A DNA stretch of 64,000 nucleotides from a virus (taxonomy: Duplodnaviria; Caudoviricetes): positions 748-64,747 of the IMG/VR virus record IMGVR_UViG_3300032288_002935. One strand, written 5' to 3'. The notes under the pieces are model-generated. The model was not told the origin of the DNA and ran no database searches. It saw only the letters and a list, made by a program, of their open reading frames with translations. Shown here one piece after another: positions 1-8,840 of the stretch; within the stretch, counting starts at the first letter, position 1; every line of letters begins with the position of its first letter. Position numbers and translations under genes: made by a program.

Positions 1-2
1 CT

Positions 3-392
3 ACCGCATGTTGTCCTAAAAGAAGATTCATGGTGTATTTAGCTGAAGAAGCAAATATTGGTGAATTACTTAGAGATCATAACAAGCGACCAAGTTTTGA
101 TTGGTCTGAAACTTTTTGTACAATTGCAAACAACAAAATAAAAGTTTTTACAAATAATGAGTTTGATGTTGTTGATACTACATTGACTTATTACAGACAA
201 CCAAGAAGAATTGAAATCACAGGTGTGTCAGATCCATACACTGGACTTGTTTCTACAGCTAATGTAGAATGTGAGTTTAAAGATGATTTAGTAGAGTTAT
301 TTATAGATGAGTGTGTAAAAATTCTAGCTGGTGATCTTGAGGATGTAAACACAAGTCAAATTGCAGATAATTCAGTTGAAACTAATAATTAA
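3..392 (+). CDS. 5'-truncated crAss-like virion ring / head-tail adaptor protein (C-terminal part)
   Basis: The frame is open from position 3, so the gene begins before the window. The 'LTYYRQP...ECEF.DDLVE..IDE.V.I' pattern resembles crAss-like ring proteins. It is the first gene of the structural block. Confidence 0.6.
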   Translation, partial: TACCPKRRFMVYLAEEANIGELLRDHNKRPSFDWSETFCTIANNKIKVFTNNEFDVVDTTLTYYRQPRRIEITGVSDPYTGLVSTANVECEFKDDLVELFIDECVKILAGDLEDVNTSQIADNSVETNN

Positions 393-398
393 AAATAA

Positions 399-869
399 AT
401 GAATACTCCACAAAGAGGTCTGTTAAAAAGACCAACTCCACAAGCACAATCAACTGCATCTCAATCATACACAAAACCATCAGGTAATCATTGTGTAGAA
501 GAAACAACTGCTTGTATTTGTGAATTAATGAATGCATCTATTTCATTTCATAAATTACATTTAAAAGTATCAGGTGTTGGTGCACATGCTATACATGTTG
601 CATTAGGACCACTATATGAAGGTTTACCAGGTTTAATAGATGGTATAACAGAAGGTTATCAAGGAGCAGCAGAAAGAATTTTAGTTCTTACAGATTGTTG
701 CCCTAGAACTCTTAATTCTGTAGAAGAAGCTATTATCTACATTAGAGAAATCTATGATATGATTTGTTCATTACAAGACATTATGTGTTTCTCTGAAATT
801 TCAAATGAATTAGATGTAGTTAAGTCATTGTTAGCATCAACAAAGTACAAACTTTTATTTTTAAAATAA
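399..869 (+). CDS. Dps/ferritin-like four-helix bundle protein (DUF5856-like)
   Basis: HKLHL..SG...HAIHVALG.LYE.L..LID...E.YQG matches the Dps-type ferroxidase His/Asp/Glu spacing. The C-terminus ends KYKLLFLK. Confidence 0.75.
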   Translation: MNTPQRGLLKRPTPQAQSTASQSYTKPSGNHCVEETTACICELMNASISFHKLHLKVSGVGAHAIHVALGPLYEGLPGLIDGITEGYQGAAERILVLTDCCPRTLNSVEEAIIYIREIYDMICSLQDIMCFSEISNELDVVKSLLASTKYKLLFLK

Positions 870-924
870 ATAATCACAACTTTAGCAAAAAAAAATAAAT
901 AAATTACTTGCATTTGTAATTTTA

Positions 925-940
925 TTTACATATATTATTA
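925..940 (+). promoter_or_regulatory. Putative phage late-promoter motif (TTTACATATATTATTA)
   Basis: Lies in the 99-nt gap before the 537-aa gene. A related TATATTA core recurs in the gaps at 4266, 11195 and 18281. Confidence 0.4.
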
Positions 941-968
941 TACTGTTTATTAATTAAAAAAAAGAAAG

Positions 969-2582
969 ATGAGTTATTTCAATCATGCGTACCGCAAGTC
1001 ATTTGTTGGTACGAAAGCTACACAAGCTGGTTCAGGTACAGCTAAAGCAGTTAACAATGGTTTCTTAACGGATGCTGGTGTTCCTACTTCAGCATTAGCT
1101 GAAACTGCTGCTCCATACGCATTAGGTGTTGGAACTTATGGATTTTTTAATCCAGATACTTATGTATCAGTGAATGCTGCTTCTGCGGAAGTTATTGCAG
1201 GTAAACCTTTAGTTTTTGCTGCTGCATCATTGTTTACAAATGATAAAATTGGACCATTCCACGGAGGGTACAAAGAGTCAAACAAATCTAAAATGATCAA
1301 TCCAAGATTTGTGCACAAGTTTACTAAAATGACAGGTGCTGCTACTGAGCAATCTATTTGGCATTTAGGGAACACAAACTGGAATGCTGATGCAATTGCA
1401 ACTTTAGGTGCTCTTACAGGTGGTACTGGTTACACAAATGGTACTTATACTAATGTTGCATTAGTAAGTACAGTTGGTGCTGGTGCTTTAGCTACTGTAG
1501 TTGTAGCTGGGGGTATTGTAACAGGTATTACAATTACTGCTCCTGGTCAAGGTTATGCTGTTGGTACTGTTTTAACTTTACCTGCTTCTGTTCCTTATAC
1601 AGCTGGTACTCCTGCATCTACTTCGGTTGCTACAATTAAGTACAATGCTACTGGAAGTACAGTTTGTAAATTTGATTTTGTTTGTGGGGAAACTTACAAC
1701 TTACGTTTAGATTTATGGGGTTCTCCAGTTCTTCGTTTCTTAAACCATGATTTGTACAAAACTTTAGCTGCATCTACTGGATGTTGTCCTGATGGTACAA
1801 TCGTACCAGGTAATGTTGATTCAACTTTAGTTATGATCAATTGGGCTAACCAAATTGTAAATGATTTATGGTTACAACATTTCATCAGACCAATAGTTTA
1901 CACTCAAAATGGTCTTCCATTGTTTGCTACTGCTGCTGAAGCTGTTGCTGCTGGTTTCACTGCTGCTGCACCTGCTACTCCATCAATACCAGGTTCTGCG
2001 TCTATTTGGGCTAACTATGTATCTCCAGGATATATTGCTGGAACAACAGCTGGTTTACGTTTAGTTACTGCTTATGTAGAAACTAAATTTGGTAACTGTT
2101 CTTTCCAAAACTCTGATTTCTTTGAGAAAGAAGTAGTTCAAATGAATGTTTCATTAACAGATTTATCTGGTGAACCATGTGAATTCTCTGCATTATGTGC
2201 AAACAAAGAGTATGCTGGATTTACAGGTCAAGGATTTGGTGAGCAAGTTTTAAGAGATGTTATCTTGGATGAGTCTTACTTACAAAATCATTTCTCTGAT
2301 GATGTTCGTATCCGTGAGATTACTCAAGGAGATCAATACTTCACAGCAATTAACCGTAATGCATTATATACTCGTTATGTAATTCAACACAGTGTTCCTC
2401 GTTATAACAACCCTTCAGGTGTTTATGACAATGATCAATATGCATTGAATATTTATGTACCAGCTGCTACTGCAACTGCGTTTGAAGCATTCATGGCTGT
2501 TTGGTTAGGAGCTGCTGCTGTAGGTGGTGTAGTTTCTTTAGAAACTTATGGTCATACTGCGTATACTCCGGCTGCGCTTTAA
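969..2582 (+). CDS. Abundant virion structural protein (crAss-like auxiliary capsid/decoration-type protein) with an inserted GGTGYT beta-rich domain
   Basis: 537 aa, Ala/Gly/Thr-rich, with codon usage suggesting high expression (GCT, GGT, CGT, TTC). It has a promoter-like motif upstream and a strong terminator downstream. The position fits the crAss-like capsid block. Confidence 0.55.
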   Translation: MSYFNHAYRKSFVGTKATQAGSGTAKAVNNGFLTDAGVPTSALAETAAPYALGVGTYGFFNPDTYVSVNAASAEVIAGKPLVFAAASLFTNDKIGPFHGGYKESNKSKMINPRFVHKFTKMTGAATEQSIWHLGNTNWNADAIATLGALTGGTGYTNGTYTNVALVSTVGAGALATVVVAGGIVTGITITAPGQGYAVGTVLTLPASVPYTAGTPASTSVATIKYNATGSTVCKFDFVCGETYNLRLDLWGSPVLRFLNHDLYKTLAASTGCCPDGTIVPGNVDSTLVMINWANQIVNDLWLQHFIRPIVYTQNGLPLFATAAEAVAAGFTAAAPATPSIPGSASIWANYVSPGYIAGTTAGLRLVTAYVETKFGNCSFQNSDFFEKEVVQMNVSLTDLSGEPCEFSALCANKEYAGFTGQGFGEQVLRDVILDESYLQNHFSDDVRIREITQGDQYFTAINRNALYTRYVIQHSVPRYNNPSGVYDNDQYALNIYVPAATATAFEAFMAVWLGAAAVGGVVSLETYGHTAYTPAAL

Positions 2583-2602
2583 GATTATATAAATATCTTC
2601 CT

Positions 2603-2644
2603 AAAATGGAGAATGGAGGTTTTCTCTGTTCTCCATTTTTTTTT
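2603..2644 (+). terminator. Rho-independent terminator
   Basis: Stem ATGGAGAATGGAG / CTCTGTTCTCCAT (two G-U pairs), loop GTTTT, followed by a T run, directly after the 537-aa gene. Confidence 0.85.
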
Positions 2645-2656
2645 AAAACTAAAAAT

Positions 2657-3217
2657 ATGGCAACAAATTCTCTAAGTTTAAATATACCAAACATAATGAC
2701 AGACTGTATTCTTCGCATAGAAGATACAAGTGTTTATGAACCATTATTACCTTATGTTTGTCCAACAGTGCAAGTATTAGTTCCAGGATATAAAGATTGT
2801 GTAACTTTTAATGATACAACTCTTCCTAAAGTTGATAAAAATTTTGTATTCAATTTGACAGCATGTGATTTAAAAACACAAACTTCAAGTTGTGGAACTG
2901 AATTTGATTCATTGCCTGATGGAATATATGTAATTAAATATGCACTATCTCCTCATGACAGAATGTATGTTGAGTACAATCATTTAAGAGTAACAGCTTT
3001 AAGAAAGAAACTTAAAGATGAGTGGTGTAAATTAAAGTTAAGTGCATGTGAACCAATCCCTGAAACTCAAAATAAATTTTTATCTTTGATGCAAATAACA
3101 GGTTATATAGATGCTGCTCAAGCAAAAGCTGAATACTGTTTAGATTCAGAACAAGCAATGGTATTATATAACTATGCTAAAAAATTGTTAGATAATTATT
3201 CATGTAAACTTTGTTAA
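2657..3217 (+). CDS. crAss-like conserved tail/neck structural protein (186 aa; start corrected to ATG 2657)
   Basis: The track start at 2501 would run through the previous gene and the terminator. ATG 2657 follows an A-rich leader. Contains LPDGIY.IKY and a Cys-containing C-terminus (YSCKLC). Confidence 0.6.
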   Translation: MATNSLSLNIPNIMTDCILRIEDTSVYEPLLPYVCPTVQVLVPGYKDCVTFNDTTLPKVDKNFVFNLTACDLKTQTSSCGTEFDSLPDGIYVIKYALSPHDRMYVEYNHLRVTALRKKLKDEWCKLKLSACEPIPETQNKFLSLMQITGYIDAAQAKAEYCLDSEQAMVLYNYAKKLLDNYSCKLC

Positions 3218-3218
3218 G

Positions 3219-3359
3219 ATGGGAAGTCAAGTATGCGCAAATTGTGGAGTATGTACATGTACAGGTACTCAATTAGTTAAAGCAACAAATGGTAAATCAT
3301 GTTGTACTGCTTGTGTAAACGTAGTCAATCAGCAAATTGCTGAAGGACAAATAAAATGA
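3219..3359 (+). CDS. Small Cys-rich protein, 46 aa (not in the ORF track)
   Basis: Translates as MGSQVCANCGVCTCTGTQLVKATNGKSCCTACVNVVNQQIAEGQIK* (7 Cys). It fills the gap between the stop at 3217 and the start at 3364. Confidence 0.75.
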   Translation: MGSQVCANCGVCTCTGTQLVKATNGKSCCTACVNVVNQQIAEGQIK

Positions 3360-3363
3360 AATT

Positions 3364-4242
3364 ATGGATTTAGATTTGCTTAAAGGTTTTAGACCAAGGT
3401 TGTTATACTTTGATTTAGAAGATTATCCTACTATACCTCAATCAATTTCAGGTATTGGAGATAAAGAACATGCTGAAGAACGCTATCAGTTAGATTGTTG
3501 TTCAACTGGTGAAACTTTTAAAGTAAATGGTTTACCTGCAGTTTTTGTATTTAAAGGAAAAGCTGCAGTAAACAATCACCCTGATGATTTAATTGATGTT
3601 GTTCTTACATCTATAAAAGACAGTAGTGGTAATTTAATCACAGGTTGTTTAAAATTAGTTGATGCTGAATGTTATGAAGAATATGAAGAATTTGCTTGGG
3701 AAGATATATTTCTTGAAACAGAGTGTGTAAGCACTTGTCAAGAATGTTTACCTAAACCTGTTCCAGAACCATTCATTACAAATCATAAAACAATTTATCC
3801 TGATTTTAAAGTAAACAATGTTGATCCTTATGAAGCAGAACAAATATTCTGTGAATTTGGAAATGCAATGTATGAAAAAGTATTAGCATTAAAATATGGC
3901 GTACAATTCTGTTGTCCTACAGATCTAATGCAATCTACTATAGAACATGAGATTTTAAAAATGGATATTGCAGAAGATTTAAATGCTTGTAATAATTTAA
4001 CTTTTACCCCTGGTTCATGTAAAAAATATACTATTACTATACCAAGATTAAAAGAAGGATTTTTGTATTTCAAAGATTGTAATGATGTTATTAGAACAGT
4101 TGCAGTTCATTCATCAAGTCAAGACTATAACACTGTTGTATGTGGTATAACACAACAAACAGCATCATCAATTTACTTATTAACTCTTAATCCAAGTATG
4201 ATTGTACCTGTACAATTTGTTGAAGGTTTAGATTGCGAGTAA
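3364..4242 (+). CDS. Cys-rich virion (tail hub-like) protein
   Basis: 292 aa with CVSTCQECLP and 'YEKVLALKYGVQFCC' motifs, inside the structural operon. Confidence 0.5.
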   Translation: MDLDLLKGFRPRLLYFDLEDYPTIPQSISGIGDKEHAEERYQLDCCSTGETFKVNGLPAVFVFKGKAAVNNHPDDLIDVVLTSIKDSSGNLITGCLKLVDAECYEEYEEFAWEDIFLETECVSTCQECLPKPVPEPFITNHKTIYPDFKVNNVDPYEAEQIFCEFGNAMYEKVLALKYGVQFCCPTDLMQSTIEHEILKMDIAEDLNACNNLTFTPGSCKKYTITIPRLKEGFLYFKDCNDVIRTVAVHSSSQDYNTVVCGITQQTASSIYLLTLNPSMIVPVQFVEGLDCE

Positions 4243-4265
4243 GTTATTAGGAAAATTAATTAAAA

Positions 4266-4280
4266 TTTTGTATATTATTA
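4266..4280 (+). promoter_or_regulatory. Putative late-promoter motif (TTTTGTATATTATTA)
   Basis: Intergenic, ending 3 nt before ATG 4284. Same core as the other three copies. Confidence 0.45.
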
Positions 4281-4283
4281 GAT

Positions 4284-4793
4284 ATGGGAAAGCCGACAAA
4301 TACTAGAACTGCAGGATGCGCAACAACTACAAGTAACTGTGTTGTTTGGCAAGGTCCTGATTTATGCTGTATTGATCTTTGTCACGGAGATTCAATCAGT
4401 GAAGTAATAAATGAATTAGCAAAAAAGATTTGTAAGATTTTTGAATTGTTAAATATTCAATCTTATGATTTATCAGAATTAGCTGGAACATGTGGTCCAT
4501 CTAATTATATTGAGTTAATTCAATTATTAATTGATGAAATAGCTACATTAAAAAATAATACAAATACAGTTTCAACAAGTGCTTCAGGATGTCCTGATTG
4601 TGAATTAGCTGTTGCAACTTGTTTTCAATCTCAATATGGGGTTGTATTGTCAATGACAGATTATGTAGTTGCTATTGGAAAAAAACTTTGTGATCAACAA
4701 GTACAGATCCAAACACAAAATAATGCTATTGCTCAATTGACACAACAAATAGCAAATATGCAAGTACAAATAAACTTATTAATAGCAGGATAA
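4284..4793 (+). CDS. Cys-rich virion protein with C-terminal coiled coil (fibre-associated)
   Basis: N-terminal SNCVVWQGPDL.CI.LC.GD motif and a Gln-rich heptad C-terminus. Confidence 0.55.
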   Translation: MGKPTNTRTAGCATTTSNCVVWQGPDLCCIDLCHGDSISEVINELAKKICKIFELLNIQSYDLSELAGTCGPSNYIELIQLLIDEIATLKNNTNTVSTSASGCPDCELAVATCFQSQYGVVLSMTDYVVAIGKKLCDQQVQIQTQNNAIAQLTQQIANMQVQINLLIAG

Positions 4794-4794
4794 A

Positions 4795-5538
4795 ATGAAA
4801 AAGAAATGTTCTACTAATGCTATTTCAATTAGCACACCAGTTCCTACATGTCCAACTGTAACTCCAGTAGTTCCTGTAGTACCTGTTGGATGTTCTGATC
4901 CATTAACTTATTTTTTTAAATTAGTTGTTAATTATTCTATTAGTCAAAATGTAAAATTTGATGTAGCTTTTGATGATTTGTTAGCAGTAGGATTGATTAC
5001 TCCTACAGCTGATATAATTTGTTGCCCGGATTGTACAAATGCACCATTTTATGGTCTTATGAATGTTTCAAGGTTAAATGTTTTAGCTGGTATGTTAAAC
5101 TGGCAATCAACAGAACCTAATTTAATTACTCCTTGTTGTATAAATGTTGAAGCATCTGTTGAAAAATATAACAATTATATTACATACATGCTTAATGGAG
5201 ATACACCAACTAAAGAAATACCTGAGTGTTGTGATAATAATTTTACTTCATGTCTTAAATTATATGCAGATAACTTAGATTATTTAGCATTATTAAATGA
5301 TGGTATTGTTGAAGTAAATACATTAAACAATCAAAGTTCTTTGTGTAATTTATATAATTTGTTAGATACTTATGCTGATCAAATTACACTGACATCAACT
5401 GTATCTAATTTTATTTTAGATTTTTTACAGGGTGGGTTTGTAGTTCATTGTTGTGGTTGCAATATATTTATTGGTACAGTTAATGCATTTGAAGCTTATT
5501 TAAATACAAATATTTGTTTAGAATTAAATCCTTATTAG
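4795..5538 (+). CDS. Cys-rich hypothetical virion protein, paralog A
   Basis: 247 aa. Shares CCPDC, CC..E.S, CCD..F, GI.E...N..S.L..LY and VV.C.GC.I.I motifs with the next gene. Confidence 0.6.
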   Translation: MKKKCSTNAISISTPVPTCPTVTPVVPVVPVGCSDPLTYFFKLVVNYSISQNVKFDVAFDDLLAVGLITPTADIICCPDCTNAPFYGLMNVSRLNVLAGMLNWQSTEPNLITPCCINVEASVEKYNNYITYMLNGDTPTKEIPECCDNNFTSCLKLYADNLDYLALLNDGIVEVNTLNNQSSLCNLYNLLDTYADQITLTSTVSNFILDFLQGGFVVHCCGCNIFIGTVNAFEAYLNTNICLELNPY

Positions 5539-5541
5539 ATC

Positions 5542-6291
5542 ATGAGTTGTTCAAAATGCAAAACAAGCCAGTGTACATGTGAAACTTCTTTGTGTGTAAA
5601 TCCTTTAATCTATATGATTAAAGAAGCTTTTTCATTAGTTGGTACTGATGGTGATGCTGCTTCAATAAATGATGCAGAAAATATTTTAGTTGATATAACT
5701 AAAAATAATTCATATCCAGTTATACAAAATATTTATGATATACCATTAGCATTGGTTACAGTTTTAACTAATGGAATTTCACTTTCTAATAATGAAAATA
5801 TCTGTTGTCCTGATTGCACAAATGGATTATATGTTATTGGTAACAGAGCTATTATACAAGATATTATTGATAATGAAACACCTCCAAAATTATGTTGTGT
5901 TGAACATCAAAGTTCTTTATTATACTGGAACTCTTTTTTAATACAATGGGAAGAATCTTATAATACAACTAATGTTAAATGTTGCGATACTGATTTTTCT
6001 GAAGTAGTTAAATTATGGATAGCAAGTTCTAATTCAGCTTCTGCTAGTTTTAATTTGAGTAGAGTTATAGAACTTGGTATTTTTGAATCATCTTCATTTA
6101 ATGGAATGAGTGGTTTAGGTATTCTTTACAACTATATTAAAGCATTGCATCCAGATTTTACTGCTGCAGATTATTTAAATATTTTAGGAGTTATTACCAA
6201 CTTAGGTATTGTGGTTGAATGCAAAGGTTGCACAATTAAAATAGCTTCTGGTAATACATTCATGGAATTTTATTACAACAATTTACCTTAA
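5542..6291 (+). CDS. Cys-rich hypothetical virion protein, paralog B
   Basis: 249 aa with the same ordered motifs as 4795-5538. N-terminus MSCSKCKTSQCTC. Confidence 0.6.
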   Translation: MSCSKCKTSQCTCETSLCVNPLIYMIKEAFSLVGTDGDAASINDAENILVDITKNNSYPVIQNIYDIPLALVTVLTNGISLSNNENICCPDCTNGLYVIGNRAIIQDIIDNETPPKLCCVEHQSSLLYWNSFLIQWEESYNTTNVKCCDTDFSEVVKLWIASSNSASASFNLSRVIELGIFESSSFNGMSGLGILYNYIKALHPDFTAADYLNILGVITNLGIVVECKGCTIKIASGNTFMEFYYNNLP

Positions 6292-6316
6292 TTTATAACA
6301 TTAAAACTTTAACAAA

Positions 6317-7510
6317 ATGGGTTGTTCTTCTTGTCAACAAAATAATCATATAGTTCCTACAACTTCTGTAGATTCATTATGTGAATGCGCATGTGGTTGC
6401 GCAGAACCAGTATGTCCTACTCCACAACCATGTACTGAAATTACAGATGCAAAATGTATTATTTATACTAATGCAGAAATTAAATGTGGAACTGATGTAG
6501 TAGTAACACTAAATTCTACTCTTGCTACAGCTTTAAATCAAATTGTTAATTATTTCTGTCAACAGTTTGTAACACTAGATGTACCTGAAGATATAATTTA
6601 TGATGGAGATGTAATTGTTACTGCTGGTACATCAGTAGTTGATGCTTTTCAAACTGTAATTGATTTTATATTAAACTATCCTAATAGTTATGTTAGTGGT
6701 TCTGGTAATACTAATTTTTTACCTAAATGGACTCCTAATGGAACAACTTTAGGTAATAGTCAAATAAAAGATGATGGTACTACTGCTGGTATTGGTAGTT
6801 TTTTTGGTTCACCTATTTATAAATGGTCGGTTCTTTCAAATTTAGCCAATCTATTTATGAATCAAGAAATTAATTCATCTATTCCTATAGCTGCTTTATA
6901 TGGTATAGTTAGTGACAATACTGTTTTACCAAAAAATAATAATACAGCATGTGGTGTATATGGAATAGCAGATTCAAGTACAACTGAAAATATTGGAACA
7001 TTAGGTTCTGCAAGAGGTATTGATTCTTTAATTAATATTGGTGTTTATGGTGAAGCTTCTCCAAATTTAAATTCTACTTGTATTAAATCTATAGGAGGAA
7101 AATTTTTAGCAAAAGGAGGAGTTAATAATTATGCAGTTCAATTACTTGACGGTTCAGAAGGAATAGGAAAAATTTGGACTTGTATGACTGCAACAGGTGA
7201 AGGAAATTGGCAAACACCGGCTAGTATAAATTTACAAAAAGTAATAACTGCAACATATGCATTAACGGATGCAGATAATGATTATACTATTTTTATAAAT
7301 AATGGTGCAACTGCAATTACAATATCTTTAGGTGCAATTACAATTCCTAATTTTAATGTAGGTTTTATACAAGAAGGTTCAGCTGATGTAACCTTTGTTG
7401 GTGTAACTAATCCAGTAGGTCTTAAATTAAAAGGACAAGGATACCAAGCATTTATAGAAAGAAAACTTGCTACATCTACATATTATTTACTAGGCAACAC
7501 TAAAGTTTAA
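6317..7510 (+). CDS. Tail fibre-like protein with Cys-rich N-terminal anchor
   Basis: Cys-rich N-terminus, a 'GSGNTNFLPKWT...LGNSQIKDDG' fibre-type segment, GVYG.A beta-repeats and a C-terminal head-like domain. Confidence 0.6.
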   Translation: MGCSSCQQNNHIVPTTSVDSLCECACGCAEPVCPTPQPCTEITDAKCIIYTNAEIKCGTDVVVTLNSTLATALNQIVNYFCQQFVTLDVPEDIIYDGDVIVTAGTSVVDAFQTVIDFILNYPNSYVSGSGNTNFLPKWTPNGTTLGNSQIKDDGTTAGIGSFFGSPIYKWSVLSNLANLFMNQEINSSIPIAALYGIVSDNTVLPKNNNTACGVYGIADSSTTENIGTLGSARGIDSLINIGVYGEASPNLNSTCIKSIGGKFLAKGGVNNYAVQLLDGSEGIGKIWTCMTATGEGNWQTPASINLQKVITATYALTDADNDYTIFINNGATAITISLGAITIPNFNVGFIQEGSADVTFVGVTNPVGLKLKGQGYQAFIERKLATSTYYLLGNTKV

Positions 7511-7513
7511 TAT

Positions 7514-8176
7514 ATGAAAGATTTTAAAAAAAATATATACCGTATGCAAACTGATACTATAGTTGATCCCTGTTGTTCACTTCCTGATGTAACAATTGGT
7601 TCACAAATTTGGACAGCATGCAACTTAGATGTTAAAACATATACTGATGGAACACCAATTCCTGAAATTCCAGGTGGTACAGCATGGACATCAGCAACTA
7701 CAGGTGGATTTTGTTATTTAGGTGGCACAGCAGGTGAATGTACATTTGGATTAATATATAATTGGTATGCTGTTGCAGGAATTTATGATGCGGCTTCATT
7801 AGCAAATCCTGCATTAAGAAAACAACTTGCACCAACAGGTTATCATATTCCTACTCAAGCCGAGTATACAACATTAATGACAACTTTAGGAGGGCCTTCA
7901 GTAGCAGGTGGTCCTTTAAAACAAGTAGGTACAACATATTGGCAAGCTCCAAATACTGGTGCTACAAATTCAACAGGTTTTACTGCATTAGCAGGTGCAA
8001 TAAGAGATGGATCAGGAATTGGTCAATATAATTCAGGTATTGGTGGATGGTGGTTATCAAATGAGTATGACGCAGCTAATGGAGTAATATCGCAATTATT
8101 TCAAAATTCTGCATCAACATCAATGAGTGTTAAAATTAAAACAACGGGTTGTGCTATAAGATTAATAAAAGACTAA
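7514..8176 (+). CDS. FISUMP (Fibrobacter succinogenes major paralogous) domain protein
   Basis: Contains VTIGSQIW...NLDV, GLIYNWYAV, LAPTGYHIPT..EY, LGG...AGG.LK, PNTGATNSTGFTAL.G and a terminal IRLIKD. Confidence 0.85.
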   Translation: MKDFKKNIYRMQTDTIVDPCCSLPDVTIGSQIWTACNLDVKTYTDGTPIPEIPGGTAWTSATTGGFCYLGGTAGECTFGLIYNWYAVAGIYDAASLANPALRKQLAPTGYHIPTQAEYTTLMTTLGGPSVAGGPLKQVGTTYWQAPNTGATNSTGFTALAGAIRDGSGIGQYNSGIGGWWLSNEYDAANGVISQLFQNSASTSMSVKIKTTGCAIRLIKD

Positions 8177-8211
8177 AAAAATAAATATTAATTTTATTAA
8201 AAATTAATTCT

Positions 8212-8838
8212 ATGTGTATAGATTGTGGAAATAACAGTTGCTCTGGAAACTGCAATGTAATCCCGAAAGGTTTAAGAGGACCAAGAGGTTACAAAGGAGA
8301 TAAGGGTGATAAAGGAGAAAAAGGTGAAAGAGGTCTTACTGGTTCTCAAGGACCTCAAGGAATGCCTGGAGCTAATGGATTACAAGGTCCTCCAGGAGGT
8401 CCTGGAACATTAGGTCTTCCTGGTCCAATGGGTCCTCCGGGAAATCCTGGATTACCTGGTGCTAATGGTATTAATGGAACTAATGGATTACCTGGAGCAA
8501 AAGGTGATACAGGTGATACTGGACCAAAAGGAGATCAAGGTGATGATGGAAGTTCTGTTACAGCTACTGCAAATAGTGGTTTAGGTAGTTGTGGTGGATA
8601 TGATATTAAAACCATTAAATTTGATGGAACTCTTTTATCAAACAATCCTTTATACAATGGATGTAATGGAAAATCAGGTAGAGGTGTTGCAGTATTTGTA
8701 AGAGCAACTGCTCCTACTAATGCTACACTTGCTGCAGATTATGCAGGTATTAGAGGATTTACAGCACCTGATTATATTGTTGATGGTTCATATAATGCAT
8801 CACAACTAAGACCTGGAGATATTTGGATTAAACCTTAA
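8212..8838 (+). CDS. Collagen-like (Gly-X-Y) tail fibre protein
   Basis: A long uninterrupted G-X-Y run (about 30 triplets) follows a CxxC-rich N-terminus. C-terminus PGDIWIKP. Confidence 0.85.
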   Translation: MCIDCGNNSCSGNCNVIPKGLRGPRGYKGDKGDKGEKGERGLTGSQGPQGMPGANGLQGPPGGPGTLGLPGPMGPPGNPGLPGANGINGTNGLPGAKGDTGDTGPKGDQGDDGSSVTATANSGLGSCGGYDIKTIKFDGTLLSNNPLYNGCNGKSGRGVAVFVRATAPTNATLAADYAGIRGFTAPDYIVDGSYNASQLRPGDIWIKP

Positions 8839-8840
8839 TT

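Noticed and set aside
2501-2656. N-terminal extension MVRSCCCRWC... of the 238-aa track ORF
   Set aside because: It overlaps the 537-aa gene in another frame and runs through the terminator. ATG 2657 is the plausible start.
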